Assembly (NCBI GenBank): GCA_024640365.1
Contig: JAHEFE010000004.1
Span: forward strand, 39,959-103,958
Length of the DNA stretch: 64,000 bases
Direction of reading: 5' to 3'
Source of the DNA: Woeseiaceae bacterium
GTDB lineage: Bacteria > Pseudomonadota > Gammaproteobacteria > Steroidobacterales > Woeseiaceae
Translations under genes and position numbers: made by a program
Notes under the pieces: generated by a model
Databases searched by the model: none
What the model was told of the DNA's origin: nothing
What the model saw: only the letters and a program-made list of their open reading frames with translations
Part shown: one piece after another, positions 1-10,451 of the stretch
Layout: each line of letters begins with the position of its first letter
Numbering within the stretch: the first letter of the stretch is position 1

Positions 1-586
1 CCGGTTGGATCTTGATGCTGATTTCAATTTCGGCGGGAAGAGCGCCGATATACCGGTACGCGACGGTATGCCAGACCTCGATCCAATGATCGAGGCCGGT
101 CCGGAGCTTGAGATACGCCTTAGCAACAAGTCCGAACAGACCGGAAATATCTTCCTCGCGTTGCAGGCTCGGGGAGCGGTGACCTTTGATGGCTTCAATC
201 CGAGCTGGCGCGGTATGACGTTTTCCCCCGAAGTACGCTTCGTGCGCTATTTCAACCGACCCGGCCAACGGCTGAAAATTCGAGTGACGCCGACGTTTGC
301 TTCATCGGCCTATGCGGAATATTTCTACTCCGTGGACGTTCCCTACGTGACGGCAAGTCGCCCTGCATACCGGGGTGAGGGCGGTTACGTGGGTACGACC
401 CTGGGTATCTCTCTGCACCAGCCAGTGACGAAAAAGTTTGAGGTGCGTGTCGGTGCTCGGTTCGGAATGCTTAAAGGTGCGCGTAATGAATCGAGTCCAT
501 TGTTCCAGGACAGCACCAATCAGTCGGCCTTTGTTGCGTTCGTCTATAAGTTCTGGTCCAGTGAGCGTCGCAGTGAAGATAAATAA
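1..586 (+). CDS. MipA/OmpV-family outer-membrane protein, 3' part (5' end outside window)
   Basis: The frame is open to the window edge. The tail ...EYFYSVDVPYVTASRPAYRGEGGYVGTTLGISL...SAFVAFVYKFW resembles the MipA family C-terminus (RPAY..GG motif, alternating beta-strand pattern, aromatic residues near the end). Stop at 584-586. Confidence 0.6.
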   Translation, partial: RLDLDADFNFGGKSADIPVRDGMPDLDPMIEAGPELEIRLSNKSEQTGNIFLALQARGAVTFDGFNPSWRGMTFSPEVRFVRYFNRPGQRLKIRVTPTFASSAYAEYFYSVDVPYVTASRPAYRGEGGYVGTTLGISLHQPVTKKFEVRVGARFGMLKGARNESSPLFQDSTNQSAFVAFVYKFWSSERRSEDK

Positions 587-815
587 TTGTTAAAACAATG
601 ACCTATAAGATATAGTTAATGTAGTATATACCTAACAGATTGTCCGTCGGTTAGGTCGAATCATCGTAGCAGTGACTTCATTAAGGCCCATACTGGCAAC
701 CTGGTGATCTCGCTAAGTCTTTATCAGCTATAGAAAAAGCTCACCAAGGACCTATAGTTCGTCGAAGGTTTGGGGCTATACTCCAATCTGTCCTGGGGGG
801 GAGCAGCTATCACCG

Positions 816-2609
816 ATGTCATTCTTTAGTGAGCTAAAACGGCGCAACGTTATTCGCGTAGGTATCCTGTATGGGGTTAGCGCCTGGTTGCTGTTGCAGC
901 TCACCGACGTATTGTCTTCATTGCTGCCTGTTCCCGAGTGGACCGGCTCCCTGGTTTTTTTGCTTCTCGCAATTGGCTTTTTCCCGGTCATGATTTTTGC
1001 CTGGGCGTATGAACTTACGCCCGAGGGCATCAAGCGCGACAAGGATGTGGACCGTTCGGCATCCATCACGGGCGATACCGGCCGGCGTATTAATACGCTA
1101 ATCGTCGTTTTACTGGTTGTCGCGATAGGAGTCGTGGGACTCGACCGGTTGCTGCCTGGCGAAACCGGGAAGGTCAGTGTTGTTTCAAGTGCAATTGCTG
1201 ACGACCGGCCCTCCATTGCCGTGTTGCCCTTTGCGGATCTCAGCCGCGAAAAGGATCAAGAGTATTTCACCGACGGCATTTCCGAGGAATTACTCAACGT
1301 GCTGGTGCGCGTCGATGGTTTGCGTGTGGCATCGCGGACCTCTGCGTTTGCATTTCGCGATTCAGGCTTGAGTGTGCCGCAGATCGCGAAGGAGTTGAAA
1401 GTTGGTCACGTACTGGAAGGCAGCGTTCGCAAGGATGGCGATCACATTCGCATTACAGCGCAGCTAATTCGTGCCGATGGTGATGAGCATCTTTGGTCAG
1501 AGAACTATGATCGGGAGTTGAAGGACATCTTCAAGGTTCAGGATGAAATCGCCAAAGCAATCGTGCAACAACTTGCAGCGAGTCTCGGTGTCGGTGACAA
1601 ATCGGCTCAGGTAGAAGTGATTGCGGCTACGGACAATCTTGATGCGTATGAGCTCTACCTCAAGGCGCGTGAACTCTTCGGACGACGCGAACGGATCGAC
1701 CAGAGCGTCGCGTTGTACAAACAAGCGATTGCGCTCGATCCAAACTTTGCCCGGGCCTGGGAAGGGCTCGCCGCGGCAGAGACAGTCTGGACATCGTGGG
1801 AAAGCCCCGATGGGCTGGATCACGATAAATTGGCAGAGGAGGCGGCTCGTAAAGCACTGGAGATAGACCCCGAGTTATCCATGCCCTATGCCGTGCTGGG
1901 ATCTTATGAAGAAATAAAAAATCTGGACTGGATCGCGGCCATGGATTACTACGACCGGGCGATTGCCAAGGACTCGAAGAACACGACGGCCTGGTTATGG
2001 CGGGGGATGCTGCAACGAGAATTGGGATTTCTCAAGGCAGCCCGCGATGATTTTCAGCGTTGTCTGGACATTGATCCGCTGTATCTGAATTGTGAGCAAC
2101 ACCTGGCAATGAATTTGTGGTTCGAGGGGCAGGATGACATGGCCATGCAGTTAATTGAACACGGTGTTCTGGCCGGTTTTCATTCTGTGACTCCCAATGT
2201 GGTCCCGCTCTACGTTGGGCACGGTCAGTTGGTGACGGCGGCTTTGTTGGCGGTCGCCCGGAAAGATGACTCGGGAGTCCCTGTGAAGGAGTTGGTCGAC
2301 GCGCTGCAAAATCCGCAGGGGGATCATTCGGCCGGCCTGGTGCGATTTCGAGAATGGGCCAGCCGAATACCGACGGAACGACAACCTGGATTTTCGTTAT
2401 ACGGGCAGTTTCTGGTCGCGGCGCATTATTACGATGAAATTACGGCGTTTAGCGGACAGGTGCTGTGGTCACCGGCATCGAAATCGTTTCGGCAATCAGA
2501 GCAATTCAAGAAGCTCGCTCGTGAGAATAACGTACTCAAGTACTGGCAGGAACGAGGCTTTCCGCCGCAATGTGAGGCGGTGGGGAAAGACAGTTTTCGC
2601 TGCGATTAA
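816..2609 (+). CDS. Membrane-anchored TolB-N-like / TPR-repeat protein (tandem paralog 1)
   Basis: 597-aa ORF. N-terminus MSFFSELKRRNVIRV is followed by two hydrophobic helices. Then comes an IAVLPFADLS...DQEYFTDGISEELLNVL module, then TPR-like repeats (AYELYLKARELF, ALDPNFARAW, ALEIDPELSMPY, CLDIDPLY). G-rich SD-like run upstream. Confidence 0.8.
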   Translation: MSFFSELKRRNVIRVGILYGVSAWLLLQLTDVLSSLLPVPEWTGSLVFLLLAIGFFPVMIFAWAYELTPEGIKRDKDVDRSASITGDTGRRINTLIVVLLVVAIGVVGLDRLLPGETGKVSVVSSAIADDRPSIAVLPFADLSREKDQEYFTDGISEELLNVLVRVDGLRVASRTSAFAFRDSGLSVPQIAKELKVGHVLEGSVRKDGDHIRITAQLIRADGDEHLWSENYDRELKDIFKVQDEIAKAIVQQLAASLGVGDKSAQVEVIAATDNLDAYELYLKARELFGRRERIDQSVALYKQAIALDPNFARAWEGLAAAETVWTSWESPDGLDHDKLAEEAARKALEIDPELSMPYAVLGSYEEIKNLDWIAAMDYYDRAIAKDSKNTTAWLWRGMLQRELGFLKAARDDFQRCLDIDPLYLNCEQHLAMNLWFEGQDDMAMQLIEHGVLAGFHSVTPNVVPLYVGHGQLVTAALLAVARKDDSGVPVKELVDALQNPQGDHSAGLVRFREWASRIPTERQPGFSLYGQFLVAAHYYDEITAFSGQVLWSPASKSFRQSEQFKKLARENNVLKYWQERGFPPQCEAVGKDSFRCD

Positions 2610-2736
2610 GCTTGCAGAGTTCTACCCCAACGATCGCGGACGGAAGTAAATACGTGCCGGGACATCACGAGTCGGTCGTTCAGGCGTCGACAACCCATTC
2701 TGTTTCCTCCATGATTCATGTGCATAAGGGGGGCGC

Positions 2737-4524
2737 ATGTCATTTTTTAGTGAATTAAAACGCCGAAACGTTATCCGCATTGGTATTCTTTACCTGGTTG
2801 GTGCGTGGTTGTTATTGCAACTGACTGACGTATTTTCGTCGCTGTTGCACGTTCCGGATTGGACCGGCTCTCTCGTCATAATGCTGCTAAGCCTCGGCTT
2901 CATACCGGTACTGATTTTTGCCTGGGTGTTTGAAATGACCCCGGAAGGGCTGCGCCGCGAGAAAGACATCGAGCAATCGACTTCGATAACCGATGCCACC
3001 GGGAAGAAAATAAATTATTTGATTATTGGGTTGCTGATACTGGCGATCGGCAGTGTTGCTTTAGATCGCCTGTTACCAAGTACATCGGGACAGCACGCCG
3101 ATTCAGGCATTGTCGCCTCGTCTACTGCAAAGGCATCCATTGCCGTATTGCCGTTTTCGGATATGAGTGCAGAGCAAGATCAGAAATTTTTTACCGACGG
3201 TATTTCAGAAGAACTGCTTAACGTGCTGGTGCGAGTCGATGACCTGCAAGTGGCCTCTCGAACGTCGTCTTTTGGCTATCGAGACACAAGTCTTAACGTA
3301 TCGCAAATTGGACAGGAACTAAAAGTTCGCAACGTGCTCGAGGGCAGTGTTCGAAAGGACAAGGATCGGATTCGCATTACGGCACAGCTGATTGATGCGA
3401 AGACGGACAAGCATCTGTGGTCGGCGACCTACGATCGCGAACTTAAAGATATATTCAAAGTCCAGGACGAGATTGCCAACGCGATTGTTGATGCGCTGAT
3501 TGACAAGTTAGGAATCGAGAAGGGGCAAAAAGTGGTGAACGTCGTGGCGGCGACGGAGAATCTCGATGCGTACGAGCTGTATCTCAAAGGTCGGGACTTG
3601 TTTCAGCGGCGCGAGCGTCTCGAAATGGGCGTATCGCTCCTGGAGCAAGCGGTTGAGCTGGATCCCAAATTCGCCCGTGCCTGGGAGACATTGTCGGCGG
3701 CGCAGTGGGTGACTGCGGATTGGTATCGTGACAAAACGGACTATTTGGCGCATTCGATTCTGTCGGCGAACAAGGCCATTGAGCTCGACCCGACGCTTTC
3801 GATGCCGTATGCCGTGTTGGCATCTAATGAATCCCTGGAAGGGAACTTGATCGAGTCGATCCGATTGTTTGATCAGGCAATCGTCAACGACCCGAAAAAT
3901 GCCAGCGCCTATTTATGGCGCGCTATTAACTTTCGAACCCTGGGTTATTTCGACGAATCGATAAAAGATCTTTTGAAGTGCCTCGACATTGATCCCATGT
4001 ACCTGAATTGCACGCAGCACCTGGCAGCGACTTACCTCGCCAAGGGGGAAGTAGAAACAGCGTTGCAGATTTTCGAAGGGGTGCTTGCCGAGAATTTTCA
4101 CTCAATGGATTATGTGTTTGTGCCCGTGTATTTGGAACGCGGGCAACGCCTGGTGGCGATGTTGCTGGTTGACCGCTTTCCCCCGAATTCGCAGGCGCCT
4201 GTGAAGGAGCTGATTGAGGCCATTGAGGATCCTAATGGCGACCAAAAGTTGCGACGTGCTCGATTTGACCGCTGGTCGGAGAGTTTTGGTAATCGTAAAG
4301 TCGATAACAGTCTCTTTCTATTTGCCTGGAAGGAATACGATCGGGTGACCCTCGACACTGGCGACGCGGAAACAATGGTATGGACCCGATTTGGTGCCGG
4401 TTTCCGCAACAGCCAGTACTTCCCCAAATACATTCGCGACAGTGGTGCCCTGAAGTATTGGCAGGCCAAGGGATTTCCGCCGCGATGTCGAGCGGTCGGC
4501 ACGGATGATTTTCAGTGCGAATGA
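2737..4524 (+). CDS. Membrane-anchored TolB-N-like / TPR-repeat protein (tandem paralog 2)
   Basis: 595-aa ORF, colinear and visibly highly similar to 816..2609 over its full length. It shares the first 14 residues, the IAVLPFSDMS...FFTDGISEELLNVL module and the C-terminal KYWQAKGFPPRCRAVGTDDFQC. SD AAGGGGGG upstream. Confidence 0.8.
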   Translation: MSFFSELKRRNVIRIGILYLVGAWLLLQLTDVFSSLLHVPDWTGSLVIMLLSLGFIPVLIFAWVFEMTPEGLRREKDIEQSTSITDATGKKINYLIIGLLILAIGSVALDRLLPSTSGQHADSGIVASSTAKASIAVLPFSDMSAEQDQKFFTDGISEELLNVLVRVDDLQVASRTSSFGYRDTSLNVSQIGQELKVRNVLEGSVRKDKDRIRITAQLIDAKTDKHLWSATYDRELKDIFKVQDEIANAIVDALIDKLGIEKGQKVVNVVAATENLDAYELYLKGRDLFQRRERLEMGVSLLEQAVELDPKFARAWETLSAAQWVTADWYRDKTDYLAHSILSANKAIELDPTLSMPYAVLASNESLEGNLIESIRLFDQAIVNDPKNASAYLWRAINFRTLGYFDESIKDLLKCLDIDPMYLNCTQHLAATYLAKGEVETALQIFEGVLAENFHSMDYVFVPVYLERGQRLVAMLLVDRFPPNSQAPVKELIEAIEDPNGDQKLRRARFDRWSESFGNRKVDNSLFLFAWKEYDRVTLDTGDAETMVWTRFGAGFRNSQYFPKYIRDSGALKYWQAKGFPPRCRAVGTDDFQCE

Positions 4525-4547
4525 CCCAATAGATAGACAGTCGTGAT

Positions 4548-4577
4548 ACGGGCTCCCAACAGGAGCCCGTTCTAGTT
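4548..4577 (+). terminator. Putative rho-independent terminator after TPR paralog 2
   Basis: 9-bp GC-rich stem ACGGGCTCC / GGAGCCCGT with loop CAACA, followed by the T-containing tail TCTAGTT, 24 nt after the stop. Confidence 0.5.
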
Positions 4578-4813
4578 GCACGCGTTGCACAAGTTATTTT
4601 GACAGGCTTGGCTGCACATAGATTGCGGGGTGTTGCCAGGGCGACCAATTGCGGTAGCGCATTTCTTTTGGACCCATTGAGCACTATGCTGTGCAGCGGC
4701 AACACAGGTTTGCTACCTAAGCAAAATCGCGGATAACAAATAATCCGCGTGTGGGCGGACGTCGGTAGTTCGCCGGAGATATACATGACACCGTGAAAGG
4801 ATAGGGAAAAGAA

Positions 4814-6583
4814 ATGAAAATCCTGGTAAATATCTTGATCATCGCAGCGCTGGCTCTCCTCGCTTTTTACGCAAGCATTGATATCCATGTTGATTCGGAT
4901 GATGAAAACAAGCTTGAGTTTGTGGTCAGTTTCGACTCATCGCTTGGAGACGTACCGCAGGATGGCCGGCTGTTGATTGCATTGGCAACGAACGAGGATG
5001 AGGAACCTCGCTTCCAGACCGGTATTTACGCGGATACCCAGCTCTTGTTCGGGATGAATGTGAATGATTGGGCGCCAACTACAGATGTTGTGATGGGGAA
5101 GGAGGCCATTGGGTTTCCGATCAAGGCAATTTGGGACGTTCCAGAGGGTACCTATTACGCGCAGGCGGTGTTGAATCGTTATCATGACTATCATCTGGCC
5201 GACGGTAAAGTGGTGAGTCTTCCCCCGGATCAGGGCGAAGGACAACACTGGGAGCGCAAGCCCGGGAACTACTACAGCAAACCAATCAAGGTAGAGATCA
5301 GTGGCGGCAAAGACCAGAAGATTTCTATCGTAATGGATCAGAAGATTGAGCCGATTACGCCGCCTTCGGATACGAAGTACATCAAGCACATCCGAATGAA
5401 AAGCGAGTTACTCAGCAAGTTCTGGGGCGAGGATGTATACGTCGGCGCGCATATTTTACTGCCAGAGGGTTTTGCTGAACATCCGGAGGCCCATTATCCA
5501 TTGATGATCAATCACGGCCATTTCCCGGCCGATTTTGACGGCTTTCGCGAGACGCCGCCGGATCCGGATTTGAAACCGGAATTCAACCCACGCTTTGGTG
5601 TCGAGGGTGTTAACGTCATTGAGCAGCAAGAGTCGTATGATTTTTATCGCAAATGGACGAGTGCCGATTTTCCGCGCTTTATCGTGATCGAAATTCAACA
5701 CCCCACGCCGTACTACGACGACTCATATGCGGTCAATTCGGAGAGCCAAGGCCCTTACGGCGACGCGCTGACGTATGAATTGATTCCTTACATTGAAAAG
5801 ATGTTTCGTGGCATTGGCGAGGGCTGGGCGCGATTCACCTACGGCGGTTCCACCGGGGGCTGGGAGGCCATGGCGGTACAGGTTTTCTATCCTGACGAGT
5901 ACAACGGAGCGTTTGTCGCTTGCCCGGATCCGCTTGATTTCAGGGCCTACATGAATATCAATATTTATGAGGACAAGAACGCTTATTGGTATGACAGTCA
6001 GTTTATGAAGTTGCCAAGGCCGGCTGATCGGGATTACCTCGGCAACGTGCGGGCGAGTCATTACGACTACAATCGCTGGGAAGCGGCCATGGGCGACAAG
6101 AATCGCTCCGGCGAGCAATACGATATCTGGGAAGCGACCTATTCACCGATGGGAGATGACGGTTATCCCGTCAGGTTGTGGGATAAAGAAACGGGCGTCA
6201 TCGATCACAAGGTCGCGGAGTTCTGGAAAGAGCATTACGACCTGCGCTACATCCTGCAACGTGATTGGGCAACGTTGGGTCCGAAGCTCGCGGGCAAGCT
6301 GCATATCTATGTTGGCGATATGGATACTTACTACCTCAACAATGCCGTTTACCTGATGGAAGAATTCCTTGAATCAACGACGGACCCGCACTATGACGGT
6401 GAAGTTATTTATGGTGATCGTTTTGAACATTGCTGGAATGGCGATTCCGATAATCCCAATTATATTTCCCGCATGCGCTACAACACGATGTACGTTGACA
6501 AAATTATGAAGCGTATCGAGAAGACGGCACCTGCTGGTGCAGATGTCACGAGTTGGCGCTACAAAACGGGTGGTAAGCAATGA
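4814..6583 (+). CDS. Exported alpha/beta-hydrolase (putative esterase family)
   Basis: 589-aa ORF with N-terminal signal/anchor MKILVNILIIAALALLAFYA. Nucleophile-elbow-like GGSTGGWEA (GxSxG). SD AAAGGATAGGGAAAAG upstream. Confidence 0.55.
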   Translation: MKILVNILIIAALALLAFYASIDIHVDSDDENKLEFVVSFDSSLGDVPQDGRLLIALATNEDEEPRFQTGIYADTQLLFGMNVNDWAPTTDVVMGKEAIGFPIKAIWDVPEGTYYAQAVLNRYHDYHLADGKVVSLPPDQGEGQHWERKPGNYYSKPIKVEISGGKDQKISIVMDQKIEPITPPSDTKYIKHIRMKSELLSKFWGEDVYVGAHILLPEGFAEHPEAHYPLMINHGHFPADFDGFRETPPDPDLKPEFNPRFGVEGVNVIEQQESYDFYRKWTSADFPRFIVIEIQHPTPYYDDSYAVNSESQGPYGDALTYELIPYIEKMFRGIGEGWARFTYGGSTGGWEAMAVQVFYPDEYNGAFVACPDPLDFRAYMNINIYEDKNAYWYDSQFMKLPRPADRDYLGNVRASHYDYNRWEAAMGDKNRSGEQYDIWEATYSPMGDDGYPVRLWDKETGVIDHKVAEFWKEHYDLRYILQRDWATLGPKLAGKLHIYVGDMDTYYLNNAVYLMEEFLESTTDPHYDGEVIYGDRFEHCWNGDSDNPNYISRMRYNTMYVDKIMKRIEKTAPAGADVTSWRYKTGGKQ

Positions 6584-7362
6584 CCGAATACATTCGACCC
6601 GTATTTGATTTCAGTGGCAAGGCAGTGCTGGTTACCGGTGCTACTTCTGGTATCGGCCAGGCGATCGCAGAGACCTTCGCAACGAGTGGTGCGAATGTCG
6701 TGATCGCCGGTCGTAGTGAAGAGCGCGGTTTAACGCTACGAAATCGATTGCGAAATGAGAGTAACAAAATTGAGTTTATTGCCGGTGACATTCGCGACGT
6801 TGATTATTGCGAAACCCTGGTCAAGGTCGCCGCGAAAAGACTGGGTGGCCTGGACATTGTCGTCAATAGTGCCGGCGTGATTTATCACGCCACTGCCGAG
6901 GATACGACCGATAAGCAGTGGGATACGACTTTCGCGGTCAACGTTAACGGCACCTTTTACGTTTGTCGGGCGGCAATTCCTTTTCTTAAGGAACGCGGCG
7001 GAGTTATCGTGAACATCGCATCGGATGCCGCAATTTCGGGTAGCGAACACCTGGTAGCGTATTGCGCCAGTAAAGGCGCTGTCTTACAAATGAGCCGCGC
7101 GATGGCAGTCGATCACGCGGCCGACGGCATCAGGGTGGTGCCATTGTGCCCCGGTGATGTAGATACAGCTATGTTACGGGGCGAGTATCATGATCGTGGC
7201 GTGTCGCTGGACGAGGGTCTAGCTGAGTCTGCAGCTGGCGTGCCGCTCAATAGAGTGTGCAGCGCGGAAGAGGTCGCCGACATGGTGTTGTTTGCTGCGG
7301 GTGATTCCGGTCGCTTCATTACCGGTTACCCGTTACTCATCGACGGCGGTGGCCGGGCCTAG
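6580..7362 (+). CDS. Short-chain dehydrogenase/reductase (SDR)
   Basis: VLVTGATSGIGQAIA (TGxxxGxG), NSAG, and catalytic YCASKGAV (YxxxK). ATGA start/stop overlap with the upstream esterase gene. Confidence 0.9.
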   Translation: MTEYIRPVFDFSGKAVLVTGATSGIGQAIAETFATSGANVVIAGRSEERGLTLRNRLRNESNKIEFIAGDIRDVDYCETLVKVAAKRLGGLDIVVNSAGVIYHATAEDTTDKQWDTTFAVNVNGTFYVCRAAIPFLKERGGVIVNIASDAAISGSEHLVAYCASKGAVLQMSRAMAVDHAADGIRVVPLCPGDVDTAMLRGEYHDRGVSLDEGLAESAAGVPLNRVCSAEEVADMVLFAAGDSGRFITGYPLLIDGGGRA

Positions 7363-7633
7363 GGATCATTTGATCTTTTCATGTACTCGTCGTTTGCGAT
7401 TCAAAAAATCCATCATTTGTGGTGCCAATCTTCGCAGGGGCCTGCTCACGTGCCAGCGGTGCCTTGAACAGGCATCTTTTTACTCCCTATCTGCTTCCCC
7501 GGAAATTATCAGAGGCTCGGTAGAAAAGGCTTCTCTTTTGGTTGTTATTTGTTGATCTGGACGAGAAAAAGGTTTGTTTTCACGGCCATTTCCCTGATCA
7601 TGCAATGGCATTCACCTCCATCAAGTAGTTTTC

Positions 7634-8566
7634 ATGACCCACAAGCACATGGCACACATCGAGACGCCTGAAGAGCGCTATCGTCACGGCATTATTGCTG
7701 CCGTAATCGCCTATACGATGTGGGGCTTATTTCCGATCTATTTCAAAATTGTTGGCGATGTCAGCTCGTTGGAGATGCTCGCACATCGAGTTGTGTGGTC
7801 TGTGCCATTTGGAGCCCTGATAATTATCGGGCGCAAACAGTGGCACGAGGTCGTGCGAGCGCTAATTCACGTCCGCACGTTGTTGTTCCTGGTGTTGTCC
7901 GCGATCTTTATTGCCCTGAACTGGCTCGTTTATATCTGGGCCGTGCAACATGAGCAGATTTTTCAGGCGAGCCTTGGTTACTACATTAATCCGCTGGTGT
8001 ACGTCGTCGTCGGTATTGTATTTTTTGGCGAGCGATTGCGGATCAAACAAATCATTGCGGTTGCCCTTGCAGCCATCGGGGTAGGCGTTCTGACATTCAG
8101 TGGCGGGGAGTTTCCAGTAATTTCGGTTACCTTGGCGATCTCGTTCACGATTTATGGCGTGATTCGCAAACAGGTGGTCGTCGGCGGTATGCCAGGGTTG
8201 TTCATCGAGACCCTCGTGATGTTGCCCGTCGCAGGTATTTATCTTTTTTCGATCGTAAACGCTGGATCCGCAGCGTTCACCCCAGCCGCGCCCGGACTCA
8301 TGATATTGTTGTTCCTGGCCGGGCCATTAACCGTTGTGCCTCTGCTGTGTTTCGCTTTGGCGGCCCGTCGACTTGATCTTTCGATGGTTGGCTTTCTGCA
8401 ATTTATCGGCCCCAGCGGGCAGTTTTTAGTGGGAGTGGCGTACGGGGAGCCATTGACCAGGGGAAAAATGGTTTGCTTTATCTTGATTTGGTCAGCCGTC
8501 ATTATCTTTGCATTCGACGCCTGGCGCATTAGCAAAGCTCGACGTTTGGCGGCGCAGGCTGCATAA
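7634..8566 (+). CDS. rarD: EamA/RarD-family transporter
   Basis: 310-aa protein with about 10 TM segments. N-terminal YTMWGLFPIYFK...LAHRVVWS is characteristic of RarD. Confidence 0.75.
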   Translation: MTHKHMAHIETPEERYRHGIIAAVIAYTMWGLFPIYFKIVGDVSSLEMLAHRVVWSVPFGALIIIGRKQWHEVVRALIHVRTLLFLVLSAIFIALNWLVYIWAVQHEQIFQASLGYYINPLVYVVVGIVFFGERLRIKQIIAVALAAIGVGVLTFSGGEFPVISVTLAISFTIYGVIRKQVVVGGMPGLFIETLVMLPVAGIYLFSIVNAGSAAFTPAAPGLMILLFLAGPLTVVPLLCFALAARRLDLSMVGFLQFIGPSGQFLVGVAYGEPLTRGKMVCFILIWSAVIIFAFDAWRISKARRLAAQAA

Positions 8567-8593
8567 AATAATTCACTCACTACGAGGACAGAC

Positions 8594-9259
8594 ATGCTTA
8601 CAGTTCATCATCTGGAAAACTCACGCTCACAGCGCATACTTTGGCTGCTTGAGGAGCTAGGCGTCGATTATCAAATCAAACGCTATGCTCGAGACAAGAC
8701 AACCAACCTGGCGCCCCCGGAACTGAAAGCAGTGCATCCACTGGGTAAATCTCCGGTGATTACCGATGGCGACGTCACCGTTGCGGAGTCTGGACTGATC
8801 GTTGAATACCTGATCGAGAAATACGGTAATGGACGCCTGGCACCCGCGGTCGGTACGCCGGAACACCTGCAATATCGCTATTGGCTGCATTACGCCGAAG
8901 GCACCATCATGCCTCTGTTACTTATTTCGTTGATACTGAACCGTATCGAAACTGCGCCGCTGCCATTTTTTCTAAAACCGGTTGCAAAAAAGATCGCGGC
9001 TAAAGCACGGGACGGCTATGCGGGACCCAACATCAAGCTGAACCTCGACTATCTTGAAGGAATCTTGTCGAAGTCGCCGTGGTTGTGCGGGGACGCTATG
9101 ACTGGGGCGGACATCATGCTGAGTTTCCCCATTGAAGCGGCCGCGACACGCACCAACCTTGAACACGACTATCCGGCACTTTTGGCCTACAAGAAAAAGC
9201 TACAGGCGCTACCGGCATACCAGCGAGGGATTGAAAAGGGCGGAACGTACGCGTACTGA
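8594..9259 (+). CDS. Glutathione S-transferase (GTT1-like)
   Basis: HHLENSRSQRILWLLEELGVDY...VHPLGKSPVI...ESGLIVEYL matches the thioredoxin-fold GST N-domain. SD GAGGA upstream. Confidence 0.8.
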   Translation: MLTVHHLENSRSQRILWLLEELGVDYQIKRYARDKTTNLAPPELKAVHPLGKSPVITDGDVTVAESGLIVEYLIEKYGNGRLAPAVGTPEHLQYRYWLHYAEGTIMPLLLISLILNRIETAPLPFFLKPVAKKIAAKARDGYAGPNIKLNLDYLEGILSKSPWLCGDAMTGADIMLSFPIEAAATRTNLEHDYPALLAYKKKLQALPAYQRGIEKGGTYAY

Positions 9260-9280
9260 TCACATATAGCGAGCTGCCAC

Positions 9281-10210
9281 TTAAAACTGAACGGCGATTC
9301 TTTCGATCTCGGCCAGTGAGCGCTCAACCACGGCTTCGCCTTCTTCAATGGCTTCAGCCGCTCGATGAAAGTCGAGCAGGTTGATGTGGGCAAGATGTGG
9401 TGTCAATAGAATATCGGCTGGATCCCCAGCTAGACGACTGCGCGTAATTCGATCCTGGAAAATATTGATCGAATTGGCAATTGCGTAAAATAGACCCGGA
9501 GCGTCTTCCTCACTATCGTTTGAAGGAAATATTGAATTCGAGTATTCCCGGGCCGTTTGCTTGATATTGGCCAGCACGCCGACAGGTGCTGCAGTCGGTG
9601 TCACAATTGTGATGCTTGGTCGCGGTACGCGCCGGGAGATAATCTTGTCATTGAGGTTGATGGCGATAACGAGGTCCGCCCCTAGCGCTCGACAGATACT
9701 CACGGGTACCGGATCGACCAGGCCGCCATCTACCAGCCAACGCGAGTCGAAACGGACCGGTGGAAACAGGCCCGGCATGGCCATCGAGGCTCGCACCGTG
9801 TCGATTACGCTACCCTTCGAGAACCACATTTCGCGACCGGTCTCCATATCAGTGGATACGGCTGCGAAGGGCATTGGCAAATCCTCAACCAGCACGTTTT
9901 CGGCGGCGACAAAATCGGTCAGGAACTGGTGGTAACGCCCCACGTTCACAAAACCGCCATGGCTCGGCTTTAATTCGAAAAAGCGCAGTACATCCATCTT
10001 GGTTGAGCTGCAGACCCAGTCCTCAAGCTTATCCAGGTTGCCAGCGAGATAGGATGCACCGATCATGGCGCCGATTGATGAGCCGGCGATGACTTGCGGT
10101 ACTACGCCGTGTTTTGCCAATGCCTTGATAATGCCAATGTGGGACCAGCCGCGCGACGAACCGCTGCCCAGAGCGAGTCCTAATTTAAGATTTTCTGGCA
10201 ATTTGATCAT
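9281..10210 (-). CDS. Patatin-like phospholipase (RssA-like)
   Basis: Oxyanion GSGSSRG, nucleophile GSSIGA (GxSxG), and DGG in WLVDGGLVD (the catalytic Asp motif). Confidence 0.85.
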   Translation of the reverse strand: MIKLPENLKLGLALGSGSSRGWSHIGIIKALAKHGVVPQVIAGSSIGAMIGASYLAGNLDKLEDWVCSSTKMDVLRFFELKPSHGGFVNVGRYHQFLTDFVAAENVLVEDLPMPFAAVSTDMETGREMWFSKGSVIDTVRASMAMPGLFPPVRFDSRWLVDGGLVDPVPVSICRALGADLVIAINLNDKIISRRVPRPSITIVTPTAAPVGVLANIKQTAREYSNSIFPSNDSEEDAPGLFYAIANSINIFQDRITRSRLAGDPADILLTPHLAHINLLDFHRAAEAIEEGEAVVERSLAEIERIAVQF

Positions 10211-10451
10211 GTTGATTTCAACTATTCAGGTGTACCGAGTGTAGCGAAGGAGCCACTATCGTACTCCGATTGCACGTTTAGTGGCGTATTGAGGCGCTCG
10301 CAAGATTTGATCGTCAGGCGTGCGCGGCGTGCCGTTCTTTGATTCGTCGAATAAGTACAAATAACGGGCTCACGAGTGGAACTTGGGTGCCTTTTGATAC
10401 TCGAAAGGGTGATAATAGCTCGTTAATAAAATTCCAAAGGGGTTCATTCGC

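Noticed and set aside
776-1216. 146-aa minus-strand ORF
   Set aside because: It is fully antisense to the well-supported TPR paralog 1. It has low-complexity S/T/P-rich composition and no SD.
4232-4888. 218-aa minus-strand ORF spanning the end of TPR paralog 2, the intergenic region and the start of the esterase gene
   Set aside because: It overlaps two better-supported plus-strand genes and a plus-strand terminator hairpin. It is Cys/Arg-rich with no recognisable motif.
9281-10210. Patatin-like phospholipase as a defence-system (CBASS-type) effector
   Set aside because: There is no cyclase, nucleotidyltransferase, E1/E2/JAB or other defence partner nearby. Its neighbours are a GST and an RND pump, and the sequence looks like a housekeeping RssA-type protein.
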